A stretch of DNA of 64,000 nt from contig NC_042999.1 in assembly GCF_006345805.1 (NCBI RefSeq), positions 99,510,001 through 99,574,000 on the forward strand. Reading direction: 5' to 3'. Position numbers and translations under genes: made by a program. Positions 14,050 to 26,550 of this stretch are shown here, piece after piece. A model generated the notes under the pieces. That model searched no databases and was not told where the DNA came from. It saw nothing but the letters and a program-made list of their open reading frames with translations. Every line of letters begins with the position of its first letter. Within the stretch, counting starts at the first letter, position 1. This DNA is from Octopus sinensis. Lineage: Eukaryota.

Positions 14050-14480
14050 GTGTAAATAAGTAATTTTTCCTGTTTTTAGTTTACGAATTTCTTACAAACG
14101 ATAAAAGAAACAGATGCTAACCAGGAAACAGGTCGTTTGTTGCAATTTTGACAACATGACTAAATATGAAATACTATTGGAACATACATACCATATACAA
14201 GAAAGTTTTTTAGCACTTCTATTCACCACTTTCCTCGAATAATAGAAATGCAACTACAATATCTTTATATATTTTATATTTTATTTCTTATTTCCATTCT
14301 CTTATTTCTATCTATATTCCCTATCTCCTCCTTTTTTCGAACTCAAATATTTACCGCTATTTAAACATTTCATATCGTCTCTGATGAAGGGATATCCATA
14401 ATATCCCAGAAACATCTGTAAGACTATATCTATATCTTTTTTCTTGTCCTGAATGTCCTGAAAACTACTCACAGCCTTGG
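14050..14480 (+). mobile_element. Penelope-like element 3' end / pLTR remnant
   Basis: Decayed KYEILLEH-like end followed by a hammerhead motif. A related copy at 30800-31085 shares aatactattggaac and the hammerhead. Confidence 0.55.
14377..14424 (+). ncRNA. Minimal type I hammerhead ribozyme motif
   Basis: GTCT-CTGATGA-A-GGGATAT(ccata)ATATCCC-A-GAAAC-atct-GTA-AGAC: stem I GTCT/AGAC, 7-bp stem II, intact core, GUA cleavage triplet. Confidence 0.75.
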
Positions 14481-14522
14481 CTTTCTTATCTCATTTTCTC
14501 TAATATATATATATATATATTT

Positions 14523-14966
14523 TTTCTAGTTTCAGCTCAGAGCTGCGGCCATGCTGATGCACCGCCGTTTTGTGCTACACTGTTATTACGACGAACCTCG
14601 TCTAATATGTGGCACTTGGTCAAGAATGGAGTTTGATATAACTACTCTCATTTGCACCTCTTGCCATGAGGTAGGTTCATCTGGGCCTCTTGACAGGAAG
14701 ATGTCCAGCTTTGATTTAAAAACCGCTATATCTACTTTATGCAGGTTCCTCAGACTCTTTAGGAGAATATTAAAAGGCTGTGGGCCCTTGAAACCCAGAC
14801 TGTTGCAGAAGCTGGTCCTGAAGCGTGCTGGCATTGCTGGGATCTTTGGCACTATGCAGTGTCGTCCCGTTCTAGCATTGGTGTAGCTTACAATGCCAAA
14901 ATTTGGCACAATTCCTTCCAGGATCTTCCAGACATATATTACTGATACCTCTCCCGTCTTCTCTAT
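14523..14966 (-). mobile_element. CR1-like LINE 3' fragment with short 3' UTR
   Basis: VIYVWKILEGIVPNFGI-NARTGRHC-NSLGFKGPQPFNIL-FKSKLDIFLS-PDEP resembles CR1-clade ORF2 C-termini; ends at gaaactagaaaaa next to (TA)n. Confidence 0.75.
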
Positions 14967-14969
14967 AAC

Positions 14970-15135
14970 GTGAATTGATCGAAATACAGAGTAGAAAAAC
15001 GGCCGACAACTGATGAAGGGGCGTTCTTTATGTTGCTTGTCTTCTTTTCCATTTGTTTCTTTCAGTGTTCGCAAAAAATGTTCGTATTTTATGTTGTTTA
15101 CGTTCCATGACGTCCTATAGCCATTGATGCATCTG
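14970..15135 (+). mobile_element. pLTR-like repeat fragment (CTGATGAAG-containing family)
   Basis: Alignable by eye to the reverse complement of 56470-56630 (ctgatgaag, atgttgttt, atgacgtcct). A Penelope origin is inferred. Confidence 0.45.
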
Positions 15136-15180
15136 TATATATATATGTAAGTATGTATGCATCTATTTACATATATTATT

Positions 15181-15226
<46 letters not shown>

Positions 15227-15332
15227 TTATATATACATACATACATACATACATACATACATACTCGCATACATACATACATACATACATGCATGCATAC
15301 ATAAATGCATACATACATATATATGTATGTAT

Positions 15333-15374
<42 letters not shown>

Positions 15375-17110
15375 ATATATATATACTCACACACACAGCG
15401 AAAGAAGAAGAGAGAGAGGGAGAGGAAAGGAAAGGAAAGCTAAAGAATCCAAATTTTATATAATAGCTTAGTTATTAACAATACAAGCAACGATCTATTA
15501 ATAAAGTTATGGATGCAAAGAAAGTGAGAATTGAATATCGCAAAAAATCTTTGCTTGGGGGATTTCATTTGCGATGGGAAGTGTAAAACCCCGGAGGGAA
15601 TCGAAATAAAAATACATAGCTGAAAATACTTAAGAGCCACGTTATCGTTGAGCTTCTAATACTTTGAAATATCGTATTGAGAAAACAAAACCTTTCAACT
15701 AAAATAGCGAAAGCTAAATGAAATGTGAAAATGAAGACTATACAATAAAATGTAAAATACATAGAATAATTAAAATTAATGTTAAAAATGAAAGGATGCA
15801 AATATAATTCAAAATTTCCGCAATAATGAAAGGATAAAGTTTTAATAAAATGTGATTTTGTTCTCCATAATTATGTTATAAACCTTATTGTAAAAGAACT
15901 GCAGGAAGTATAGAATATGATTCGAAAATATCGTTTGACGTAGCCAGTTACTGATGATTGAAATAATCAATAATTTCCTTAATCGTGTGTTGTTTAAATG
16001 CATGCATTTTGATCAATGACATTCGTAAGGAGACATCTGTACTAATTTCTGTCAACCACCATGTATTTCTTCTGTATACGAACAAACGAGAGGAGGGCTT
16101 CTACGTGGTCACTAACGTGCTCGAAACAAAAGCCAAATCCTAGTCATACCACACCTCATGCCTGTAAATAAGTTTAAAGACGTATTAGTTAGTGCAGTCT
16201 AAATACAATATATCAGAATATAAAAGAAGCACTGCTCGTGTATGGAACACCTTTGATAATGGATGAACTCGATCAGAACTTATATGGTATTATAACATTA
16301 AGTATATAATTTTTTACGTTGTTGATATAAATTTAAATTTTCTATATCATAAAATTTCTAACCTCGTCATTAATCTTGACTCCCTAGTCAGGTGGTCAGT
16401 ATATTCAGAGCAATTTTTGTAATTTTCTTATTTGAAGATAAAATTTTTAACATTTTCCTACACGGACAGTATGTAAAGTAAAGCAAGGTATTCTGAGTGG
16501 AAACTGTCCCAGAGTGCAGGGTCATATTTTAAGTTAAAGCTCATGTATAACAGATGCTATAAAACAAATTGCCAAGTTTTCTAAAGAAATCATTTTATAT
16601 AAAAACAGTAAAAGAGAAGTAAACTTGAAATTGTTGTTTCAATTAAACAAATATACACATAAATATTTCACAGGGTTGAAACTTCCATAAATTTCCACTA
16701 CAATATGTGGTTTTAGATAAAATACAAAGCGCATTACCGCACAAATATAGAAGCACTACCAATAATCATATTAAGTATACTGCAACGAGTACTAAACATA
16801 AACATTGTATTTTAATTATAGTATCCGTTCTTTTATCATTTATTTGTTTCTCCATTAGTCCATCATTAATCACAAATTTGGATAAAAGCGATAGTACAAC
16901 TTACTTTCCGTTACAAAATTGTTAATATCATTGTCGTAATTCTTCACAATAATCAATGCAATTTTTGCTTTCAGCTTTAAGAAAAATCATTAACGGTTAT
17001 TAACAATATTGACTACAAATATGTTTCTAAATTTACATAAAACATTGATGAAATATAAATAAATATATAATAAAATATATACGAAGACTATATATAAAAT
17101 AAATATATGT

Positions 17111-17141
<31 letters not shown>

Positions 17142-18200
17142 GATATATGAAATATATCTAGTGATAATCTTTTTAATTGTAATCAGTGTTTATCTAAACT
17201 AAAGTCGGAAAATTTTCGCGAGATTTGTGAAGCATTTAGGAATTGCTTTAGGTCAGAGTTATGTTAGAGTGTGTTTATAAAGAGATTCAAATGGCTTTCT
17301 AAATTGTGGCTTAAGATCGCAAATAAAGAGGGGTGCAAATTGTAAGAGAGTCGGGCAAGACTTGTTGCTATAACCTTGGGATCAGTAGAGAGTTTGGTGG
17401 AAACATTAAATGAAAATGGAAGACGGAAGTTTTCATTCAGTGGTGAAAATGACTAGCTTAACTCTAGAGTTGTCAAGAATTTTGGTTCAGAGTCTGAGAG
17501 AGATTTAATTTTCAGAAAACCTGAGGTTATAGAATATATTAAAGAATTGCATGCTAGATAACTTGTGGTACGAAACTGAAGTGAATTACGTGGTGCTAAT
17601 TAAAAAAATTCTGTTATGGCATTCGATGTATATTTTAAGAATAATAACTCATACCAGCAATGTTAGTGGCTATTAATGTGCTAGTATGCAAATTAGTAGA
17701 AGAAGTAAGTAATAATAAAGTTAAGAAAGAGAACAAAATTATTCTCAAATTACATAAAATGCATAGTAGAAGATTTAATATTGGGACTGAGAAGTAGGAT
17801 ATATAAGTAACTGTTTTCTTTATGCAGCATTGATTGTGGTTTGGTCAGCATTTACAAAATTACTAGAGAATAATTCATAATAATTTAGGTGTACGTTTAT
17901 TTCAGAGCATTAGATCTGGCGAGGAACGTTTCAAAATCTTTAAGTGTTACATTGAAAGTATGCATGCGTATGTTTTGTTTCCACATTTTATACGAACTAG
18001 GAGGAAAATAAAGTGGATGAAGGGAGATTTATAATAGAAAGATGTAGTATTAGGAAACAGTTTTAAGTGCGCCTTAATGATTAATGATAAAGGTTTTCTA
18101 TCCAGGATAACACATAATGGATATAATTGTCGGACTATAATGGAACTGAAATAACTCACTGGAGTTCAGTTCTATATTTAAGAGATGAGGAATTGTGTAC

Positions 18201-18411
18201 ATTATTTACATTATTTACATTTGACGAATATTTATCCTCATCTTGTTTGTTGTTAACACAACGTTTCGGCTAATATACTCTCCAACCTTCATCAGATATC
18301 TTGGGGGAAATTTCGACTATGCCACATGTCATATGCCACGGGTATATGGCATAGTAATTAAAAGCGCGGGCTATTAACCCCAAGATTTCGAGTTCGATTC
18401 CAGGCAGTGAA

Positions 18412-18494
<83 letters not shown>

Positions 18495-18684
18495 TAATAA
18501 CAATGATAATAATAATAATAATAACAACAACAACAACATCGAAAAATACCTTAGGAATGAGAACCAGGTTAGAAATTTCCCCAAGACACCTGATGAAGGC
18601 TGGAGGGTATATCAGCCGAAGTGTTGTGTTAACAACAAACAAGATGAGGATCAATATCCTTCAAATGTAAATAATGTAAATAAT
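18201..18684. mobile_element. Inverted-repeat element: about 113-bp hammerhead-bearing arms around a tRNA-like head and (AAT)n
   Basis: Arms 18201-18314 and 18572-18684 are reverse complements with scattered mismatches. Interior has A-box-like TGGCATAGT (18347) and B-box GAGTTCGATTCC (about 18391-18402), then (AAT)n at about 18415-18540. Confidence 0.85.
18255..18300 (-). ncRNA. Minimal hammerhead motif in the left arm (partner at about 18585-18630 on +)
   Basis: Minus strand: GATAT-CTGATGA-A-GGTTG(gagagtatat)TAGCC-GAAAC-GTT-GTGTT. The right arm has better stems (GACAC/GTGTT, GGCTG/CAGCC) but GAAGT in place of GAAAC. Confidence 0.6.
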
Positions 18685-19404
18685 ACTCATTTGAATTATT
18701 ATTATTATCACGTGTGATACATTTTCATACAAGGATTTTCAGCAAATTAAAGGAATCCACATAGACGATTATTGTGGCACCATATTAGATAAAATGCATC
18801 TATCTTCATGTGAACACGATTTTTAAAAATCTAGTACGGCTGAATTTTCTGATGTCGGAAAATAAGTCGGGTTTGGTTAAACATCTTGGATATTGCAGCA
18901 GGTACATGAACGATATTTTCTTTCCCAGTCGCAGTTTTAAAAATTTTTTAGTAGAAGTTCTTAGCATCAAAGCCAATAAGTTTTTACCAAAAGCATAAAT
19001 AATCTCGTTGATCGATAGCAGAAATGCATAGATGCTCACGGCTCATACTTTGACTAATTAAAACATTTCTATTGTTAATTTTTCCAGAAAAACATTATAT
19101 TTCAGAAATCGGTCATTATATTCGGAACAACCTAATAGTATGTAGTTATGTTTGGTTACTAATAAGTGTTTTACCACATTGCTACGTTAGCTATGGTAGT
19201 ATCTTAACGGTTTCGGAGTATACACCTCCCCTTGTATTTATCGCTACCTTTAAATCTAGTACGGTTGAAATAGGCTCTAGAGACGAAAAGTTGATCATTG
19301 AGTTGGCCTGGCAGTTACAAACAACTCTCTTACTAGCTATTTATGTAATTAAGCTTCGTGATCATTTTTATGGTGTTTCTAATTGACCTTATTTTATTTA
19401 ATTC

Positions 19405-19680
19405 GGCTCACGATTGTAAGGTCGTGAGATCAATTTCCGACAACACGTTGTGTCCTTGAGCTAGACACTTTATTCCACTTTGTTCCAGTCCACTCAGTTG
19501 ACAGTACCTGTATTTCAAAGAGCCAGACCTGTAACATTCTATGTGAAGCTGAATCCTCCTGAGAACTACGTTAAGAGTACTCGTGTCTGTGGAGTGCTCA
19601 GTCGCTTGCACATTAATTTCACGAGCAGGTTGTTCAGTTTGATCGGATCAACTCGTTGTCGTCGTCGTAACTGACGGAGT
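19405..19680 (+). mobile_element. tRNA-derived SINE, family C
   Basis: Contains gtgtccttgagctagacact and a 3' part (gtacctgtatttcaaag...gtgtctgtggagtgctcag) shared with 45415-45689 (-) and about 48270-48325 (-). Confidence 0.7.
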
Positions 19681-20774
19681 TATATGCCATAGTTCATGCC
19701 TGTTTATTTCTTTTGTTTAATTTCATTTATGACGTGTAGCATAGTGTATGATTCACCGGTAACTTCTTTTATCGTGGTGAGATTTACGTTTAACATATAT
19801 TAGCCAGTTGGTGTAATTATGGTTCCTTATTTTTCGCTACGCTGAAGGTAATTTAATTGGTTTGTTGTTTAATTACCACAAGTGTAATGCGCTTTTCGTT
19901 TTATTCATTTCCACCTTAGTAATCATTAATTCATAGGTTAAGTAAGCAATATTCCGTTTATTCCTTTCTTTCAACTGTGTTTGTTAAGCACTAGTTTAAT
20001 GTTTGTCCATTGATTTCAATTATCGGATTGAATTGAGTTTCAGGCAGATTCTGTAAGTTGAATGTTTTTATTTTTCGTTGTTGGTTTTGAAAAGTGCATT
20101 TGTGATGTGTCATGGATTCTGGTCTATTAATTTATGTGTGCATGACATTTTTTTTATATCTTATATTTCCAGAATAACATTAAAACCTTTTTTGGTACTG
20201 TGAATACCGCTGCATTGAGAAGTACTACTTGAGGTCAAAATTATAGTGATTTCCGTTGGAGGAGCTGATGGCTGTTCTTCAATGATCACTTAAGTGTAAA
20301 TTGTTGCTATTGTGGTCGTCAATATGTCTCCGTTTTGGTTCGGTATTGAGTATGTTCTTCAACATTATTAAATCTCTAATTTGTTGTCCTAGCTGGTTTA
20401 AGGTTCTCTTATTGCTCGATATGGGATTGGGTTTTGTTTCTTGCTTCTACTGTAGCATTATCTTATGGTAAGAATTTTTAGGGTTTTATATCTAATTGAA
20501 TTCAGATGGAAGTTTCCATTTGGTTATTAGCAACAGTGTATCAGGACATTAATGACATTAGAATTGTTGTATTAGATATTAGATAGTAAATACATTACGG
20601 TGTATTGAGAGATATATATGTAAGAATATATCTAATAACAAGTATATCGAATAAATATAATTGAACGAATAGCATGGTACTGTAGGCTGTAGGTAATGAG
20701 TCCTCTGCACATGCAAGCTCCAACAAAACCTATGATAAAGAGAGAGCAGCAACAACAACAACAACAACAACCAC

Positions 20775-20828
<54 letters not shown>

Positions 20829-20975
20829 CCTACGCAGAACACTTTCCATACAATAACCATCAGAGCATCACAACAAATCACAGCACATACCCAAGGCACA
20901 CAGAGCTGCGCTAGGTAGTGAAGTGAAAGCACGCTATAAAAATAAAACTACTGAATAATAATAATAATAATAATA
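20829..20975 (+). mobile_element. Extreme 3' end of the same R4/Dong-like family as 7074-12545, embedded in (AAT)n
   Basis: Nearly identical to about 12345-12480 (caataaccatcagagcatcac...aaaactactgaataat); (AAT)n on both sides. Confidence 0.92.
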
Positions 20976-20989
20976 ATGCTGAGCGTCTG

Positions 20990-21590
20990 TGTCACGCTGG
21001 TGCAACAGTGTGGTACATTGTTATTGAATGCCCGAAATTGGCACAATGTGAATGCAATAGGTGATGCATCAATGTAGCAAGAATGATCCATTAGGAGCAT
21101 TGTGGAAATTATGGCATATATAGATCAAATTGTAACCATCAGGTTAAACATCAGAAATTGATGTCGTTGTCGTGAACTGGAAAAACAAAAAAAATGCCTG
21201 ATAATTGATATAACGTTCTGGTGACAACAGAATCGAAGAGAAAGAAGATGAAAAAGAGAACAACTATGGTGAATTGAGAAATATGCAAATTGTGGGTAAT
21301 GTAGAAAGTCAATGTTATAGCAATAGTGATTGGTGCACTTGGAAGCATCAGTCCCTTATTATCAACATGACTTAAAAGGACTGCAATGAATGTAAAGTTA
21401 AAATTCTCACAAAAATCATCATGTCTTGGAACTGCAAGAGTCCTCCGTAGGGTCCTTGAAACATAATCAATAAACAAGTGTCACTTTAGTCTGGTGGCTA
21501 TGGACAGCTGACACTTACTATCATACCCAGCAAAAATAAAACTGAAATTTTTCATGATATAACAACAGTAATAATGATGATGATAAAGAT
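20990..21590 (+). mobile_element. R4/Dong-like LINE 3' fragment, decayed and internally deleted
   Basis: HIVIECPKLAQ, CLIIDI, IVIGALGSI and CLGTARVLRRVLET motifs with stops and frameshifts. Confidence 0.75.
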
Positions 21591-24091
21591 AATGACAGCA
21601 ACGATGATGATGATGATGATGATGATGATGATAATGATGATGATAATGGTGATGATAACGATGATGATAAACGTGTATATATATCTAAAATGCATATGTG
21701 TATGTGTGTGTGTGTGTGTGTGAGTGCATGTTTGTGTAAAGTAGCAGAGACGGTCAAGTTAGAGGAAAAACAAAAAAAGTCATCACACTGGGACATACAG
21801 AAATGTGATCGCTTCATCAGTTGTCAACTGGAAATCCAAAAAAATGTTATCGGTATTGTTCATTTCACAGTAACAAGGGGGAAAACGAGTGCGCACGAAA
21901 AACGAACAAAGACAAGGAAAAAATTAGTATCCAGATTCGTTGGAAACCGATAAATACAAAATGAAGCGAGAATGCACAAGCTCTTTCATTTAAAATATAA
22001 TTATAAGGCAAGGTGTAAGATGTGCAGGAAATGTACAGGCAATGTCGAAACGAACAGTGAAATTTCAGTATGTGTGCTCTTACGACTTAGCAATAAATTT
22101 AAGACGGAAAATACAGAACACTATAAAACTATCAAGTAGGTAATAATATAAATGATCTTCCGACCTTTAAGGTACATAAAGTGATGCAGAGGAAAAGTAG
22201 AATGGCTTACTGTCTTAATAAACAGGGAGAGATGAAAAAAGACATCTAGTAGCTGAGAGAGCAGGCTTACTAAAGGAAAAGGAGGAAAGTAAAATGTCTT
22301 ATGGGAAGATGTAGAAGATTGTGACAGGCCAGTGATGATAGAAAGAGGGTGACAAAAAGAAAGAAGAGGAAAATTCAGGAACTGAAGAAAACTGATGGTA
22401 GGACAGAAAGAGATAAAGAGAGGTGGCGGGAAGTGCTATATCTCCGAGAAAGAAAATGGAGAGAAGGTAATAGAAAATGGAGAAGAGACAGCAACAGAAA
22501 TAAAAAAGGGCTATAGGTGAGGAAAACAGAGAGAGGGTAACAAAAATAGAGAGCACGATGGGAGTTAACAGAGAGAAATGCGCTGTAGTTCAGACAAATC
22601 GGAGAGAAGATAATTGGAACTTGATAAGGTGATAGATAGCAACAGAGAGAAAGGCTTATAGCTGAGAAAAACAAAATGGAGAATGATTGAGGTTTCGTAT
22701 AAAATCATTGCTACACTTTTGCGTCAACTCTAAAAGTAACTCGCCCTCAATGACTCAGTCTCACCTATAGTAAATCTGTAACATATGCTGTAAGTGCATT
22801 ACACAGAGAAATGTAATGGTAGCGTTGCACAGCCGGTAGTATTTCATTGAGAAATACTGCTGAATTCACACTTTACCAAAGATTAATTAGATAAATAAGT
22901 GCAAAGTGGATGTGAATCTTCTCGAAAATGAATAGAAGATCAAATTTCATTTCTTGTATGAAACAGATTTATCTCCCTTGCGCCGCTGATTTCTAACAAA
23001 AACCAGGAATGCGGCGTCACTCATTTAGCTTCATCGAAAATGGTAAATATTTTTGCTTCATCAAATATTATCTGCCGTTGTTGTATCCTAACACACTTCA
23101 AAATTTGCATGAGAAGCGATTGCATGCATATCATCATCATTATCGTTGTCTCCGCCACCAGCGATAACGTTGTCGTCATCATTGATATTATTATTATTAT
23201 TTCTTTCTAGCATATAAATAGAAATATTTGTTTCCAGGATCTCATAAAGTTAATCATTTCGAAAACCTTTTGCAATATGAATAAAAAAATTAGCCACTAG
23301 AATACTTATTTAATAAGTTAGAAAATATACTGCAATTAAACATTTCCAGCATAGAAGAGACACAATAAAAACAAAATGAAAACAATTAAAATCTTTTAGA
23401 AATCAATAATGATAAATATTATCATATCATGCGCGTAACGAAAATTAAAATTTTGCCAGATATGTCAGGTAAAAACAAACACAAAAATAATGTATAACTG
23501 AAATAATAATAAAGAAGTAAAGAAGTTATGGTTTCTTGATCGGACTCTGTGTTTTTAGAAAATCGTTTCTTTTTAAATTAGAGATAAATGAGAAAAGATT
23601 CGGAGATCAATATCATATTAAACGCGTCAGTTGTTATCTTCAGTAAATCAAGGGATTTTCCACCGAAATTGCATTTATAATACCACTGAATTGGAGGGAG
23701 GAGAAGAAAGAGAACAAAATATAAGCCAAGAGAAGAAACAAAACAGCTTGCTGGAAATGTGATAAAGAGGCACATAATGATATCGTTAAATAATAGAGAG
23801 CCATGCTGGATACAACATCAAGCCCAGAGTTGGCTAAGAGTTAATGATGTGTAATAGACTATTCTCATGTGTGTATGTATGTATAGATGGTTGGATGTAA
23901 GTTTGTACGTATGTATTATTCTGTATGTATGTGTTTGTATGAATGTCCACTACGTATGCATGTATGCATGTATGTAAGTATGCATGCATTATGTATGTAA
24001 ATGATAGATATTTTGAGCAACAATTTGGGATGTATGTATGCATATATATACATATGTAAATATATGTATATATATATATGTATAAATATAT

Positions 24092-24170
<79 letters not shown>

Positions 24171-25269
24171 TGGATGGTGCATTTATGTATGTATGTGGAT
24201 GTGTGTTGATGTGTACGTATACTCATAATTTTCCGCTTGTAGATATATGCATTCATATTTAAACATATCTACACATACTGACAAAGGAACACACATGCAC
24301 ACGTGTACATGTGTGCACATACATGCTTACACACATACTCACTCATATTTACACAGCGATACAATGCATAATAAACATTCTATATTTGTGAAATGTGAAA
24401 GAATCTCAGTAAGAGGCTGACAATGAATTTTCTCGAAGACAAAATTTTTTATGTGCACACTGGCATACGAAAGATTGAGAGTCATAGGAAAATAATCCTA
24501 TAATCCTCCTTGAAAACAGGCACTATTCGAACGAAAATAATGGATGAAATTCTAAACGAAGTCATGTATCCAAGTCAAAATAGAAAATAAATGGGAAAGC
24601 TCTGTTACTGAGACGCAATAGCCGAACTAGTTTCAATGATTAGAACGAAGGAATATCAGCAACAATGCGCCACTTGGTATGAGGGCATTGGAAGTGTGAT
24701 TAGTAGCTTTAAATTTCAACAGAGATATTCCTAGTTATGAAGATATAAAGTCTTTATGCAATACAAAAACTCTAATATCGTTAGTTCTTTAGTTCTGTGG
24801 TTTCTGGTCAAGACGAGGCAGCGACCTATGCACTATACTGTGTCGTATTTAATGAATGTATTTCCGTGTTTCCATTGTTTGACTTTTGTATTTTCATAGT
24901 TAGAAACTAAATGTAACCTGCTAAATGTGTCTGGAGTCTGGATAGGAAACGTATTATAAAGCCTGTTGTTGCTTAAAATAGAAGTGTGCGAGTAAGTTGT
25001 CTTTCACATCGTCTACTTTTAATAGATTTGTTTCTTATTTTGACCGGTTCATTAAAACGAATAATTTTCAACGCATGTCGTCGAATGTGGCAAAATATTT
25101 AAATTGATCATAATATTGGACGATAAATAGTATTTAGAATTATGATGTCTATTTTCTACGTTTGTTTTAATATTGTTCAAGTAACCAGGAATATTTTCTA
25201 TAGGGACGAGTAATTTATCAGATGTTAAACAATTTCTCCATTGATCACAAGCTCATTTAGACTCCATTC

Positions 25270-25870
25270 TAGCACATTTGCATGGTGAATGGACAGATTG
25301 TGGAAGGATAGCCGTAGGATACAAACTGAGATCATAGTCTACCCTTGGGTCTAATATCTTTAGTTCAGCGATAATTTCATTTCCACAGAAAAGAAACTTT
25401 TCTCCTATTTGAAAACAAATTTCCTTTGAGAATTTCAAGCAGTCATAAACGTTTTAAACCTGATTTTATCATCAAAAGGTTCACTAATTAAATGTGCTGT
25501 TGTCTTTCTTCCAAGATAAACATCATTAATGTTTTTGTAATTGCTTTTATTGCTTGGATCAATTATTGATAATTTAATGCTCTATATGAATTCATTTTTA
25601 ATAACGAAACTCAAGAGATTGTTTATACTTTAATGTTGTCAGAAGATATAACCTGAAATGCATACAGTCCTACATCCAGTAAAATGACCTCCTGCAACAC
25701 GTACTGAAGATAAAGTAGAAAAACCTGGTTTTGTCATTGCTTAATATCTTGACACTATCCATGTTGTCAACTTCCGATTCACTTAGGATGGTGATGTAAA
25801 GCAATAAATTGTTCCAATTACTGTAACAATTGCTCCACATGAAAGTCACCGTGTTCTTTACAAGTTTACT
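25270..25870 (-). pseudogene. Decayed hAT-like transposase middle region
   Basis: Frame-hopping translation WNNLLLYI, KILSNDKT, LQYVLQEV, IIDPSNKSNYKNINDVYLG, ELKILDP resembles invertebrate hAT-like transposases (recognised from memory). Confidence 0.4.
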
Positions 25871-25879
25871 ATTTTGCTA

Positions 25880-26450
25880 CAAGTTGTTATAATATTTTTC
25901 TTCAGCTACGAATATCCTTTTGGTCAGCTGAAAGCAGTTTGAGCACAAACTTGGCAGACACATGTCTCATATCCATATGTTCTGTGATAATGGACTGAAC
26001 TGAGCCGTAACTAATCTGCATACCCTCTGATAACTCACAGATGGTGACTCGATGATTTTCCCTCATAGCTGCATTCATATCCGCAATATTTTTATCAGTT
26101 TTGCTGGTTGCGAGTCTCCGCGAAGATTCGTCAATATCAACATTTTTTCGGCCACCTTGGAAACGTCTGAACCACTCGTACACTTGTATGCGACTCATAC
26201 ACTCCTCTCTATACACTTTCTGCAACTTTGTGTAGGTCTCTGTGAAGGTATCGCCATGACAACTTTCTCTGTCATGGTCAATTCGACGATCACACCTTAC
26301 GCATCTTCCTTCCAGAAGTGAGCTAGAACGTTAAAACATATTGCGCATGCACAGCACAATTCAAAGTCAATCTGTTCAAAGCGGCTCTACTCTCCATGCT
26401 TTAGATTCATTACTATGGCAACAGTCCGGATACCTATTGATCAAACCTTG
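25880..26450 (-). mobile_element. Mariner 5' fragment (left TIR and transposase N-terminus)
   Basis: ECMSRIQVYEWFRRFQGGRKNVD and VSAKFVLKLL; TIR-like caaggtttgatcaataggtatccggact on minus, next to TA at 26451-26452. Confidence 0.8.
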
Positions 26451-26453
26451 TAT

Positions 26454-26550
<97 letters not shown>

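Noticed and set aside
17180-17560. Coding-like segment, perhaps an L1/Tx1 3' end (similar case at 24500-24900)
   Set aside because: Too decayed to assign by eye.
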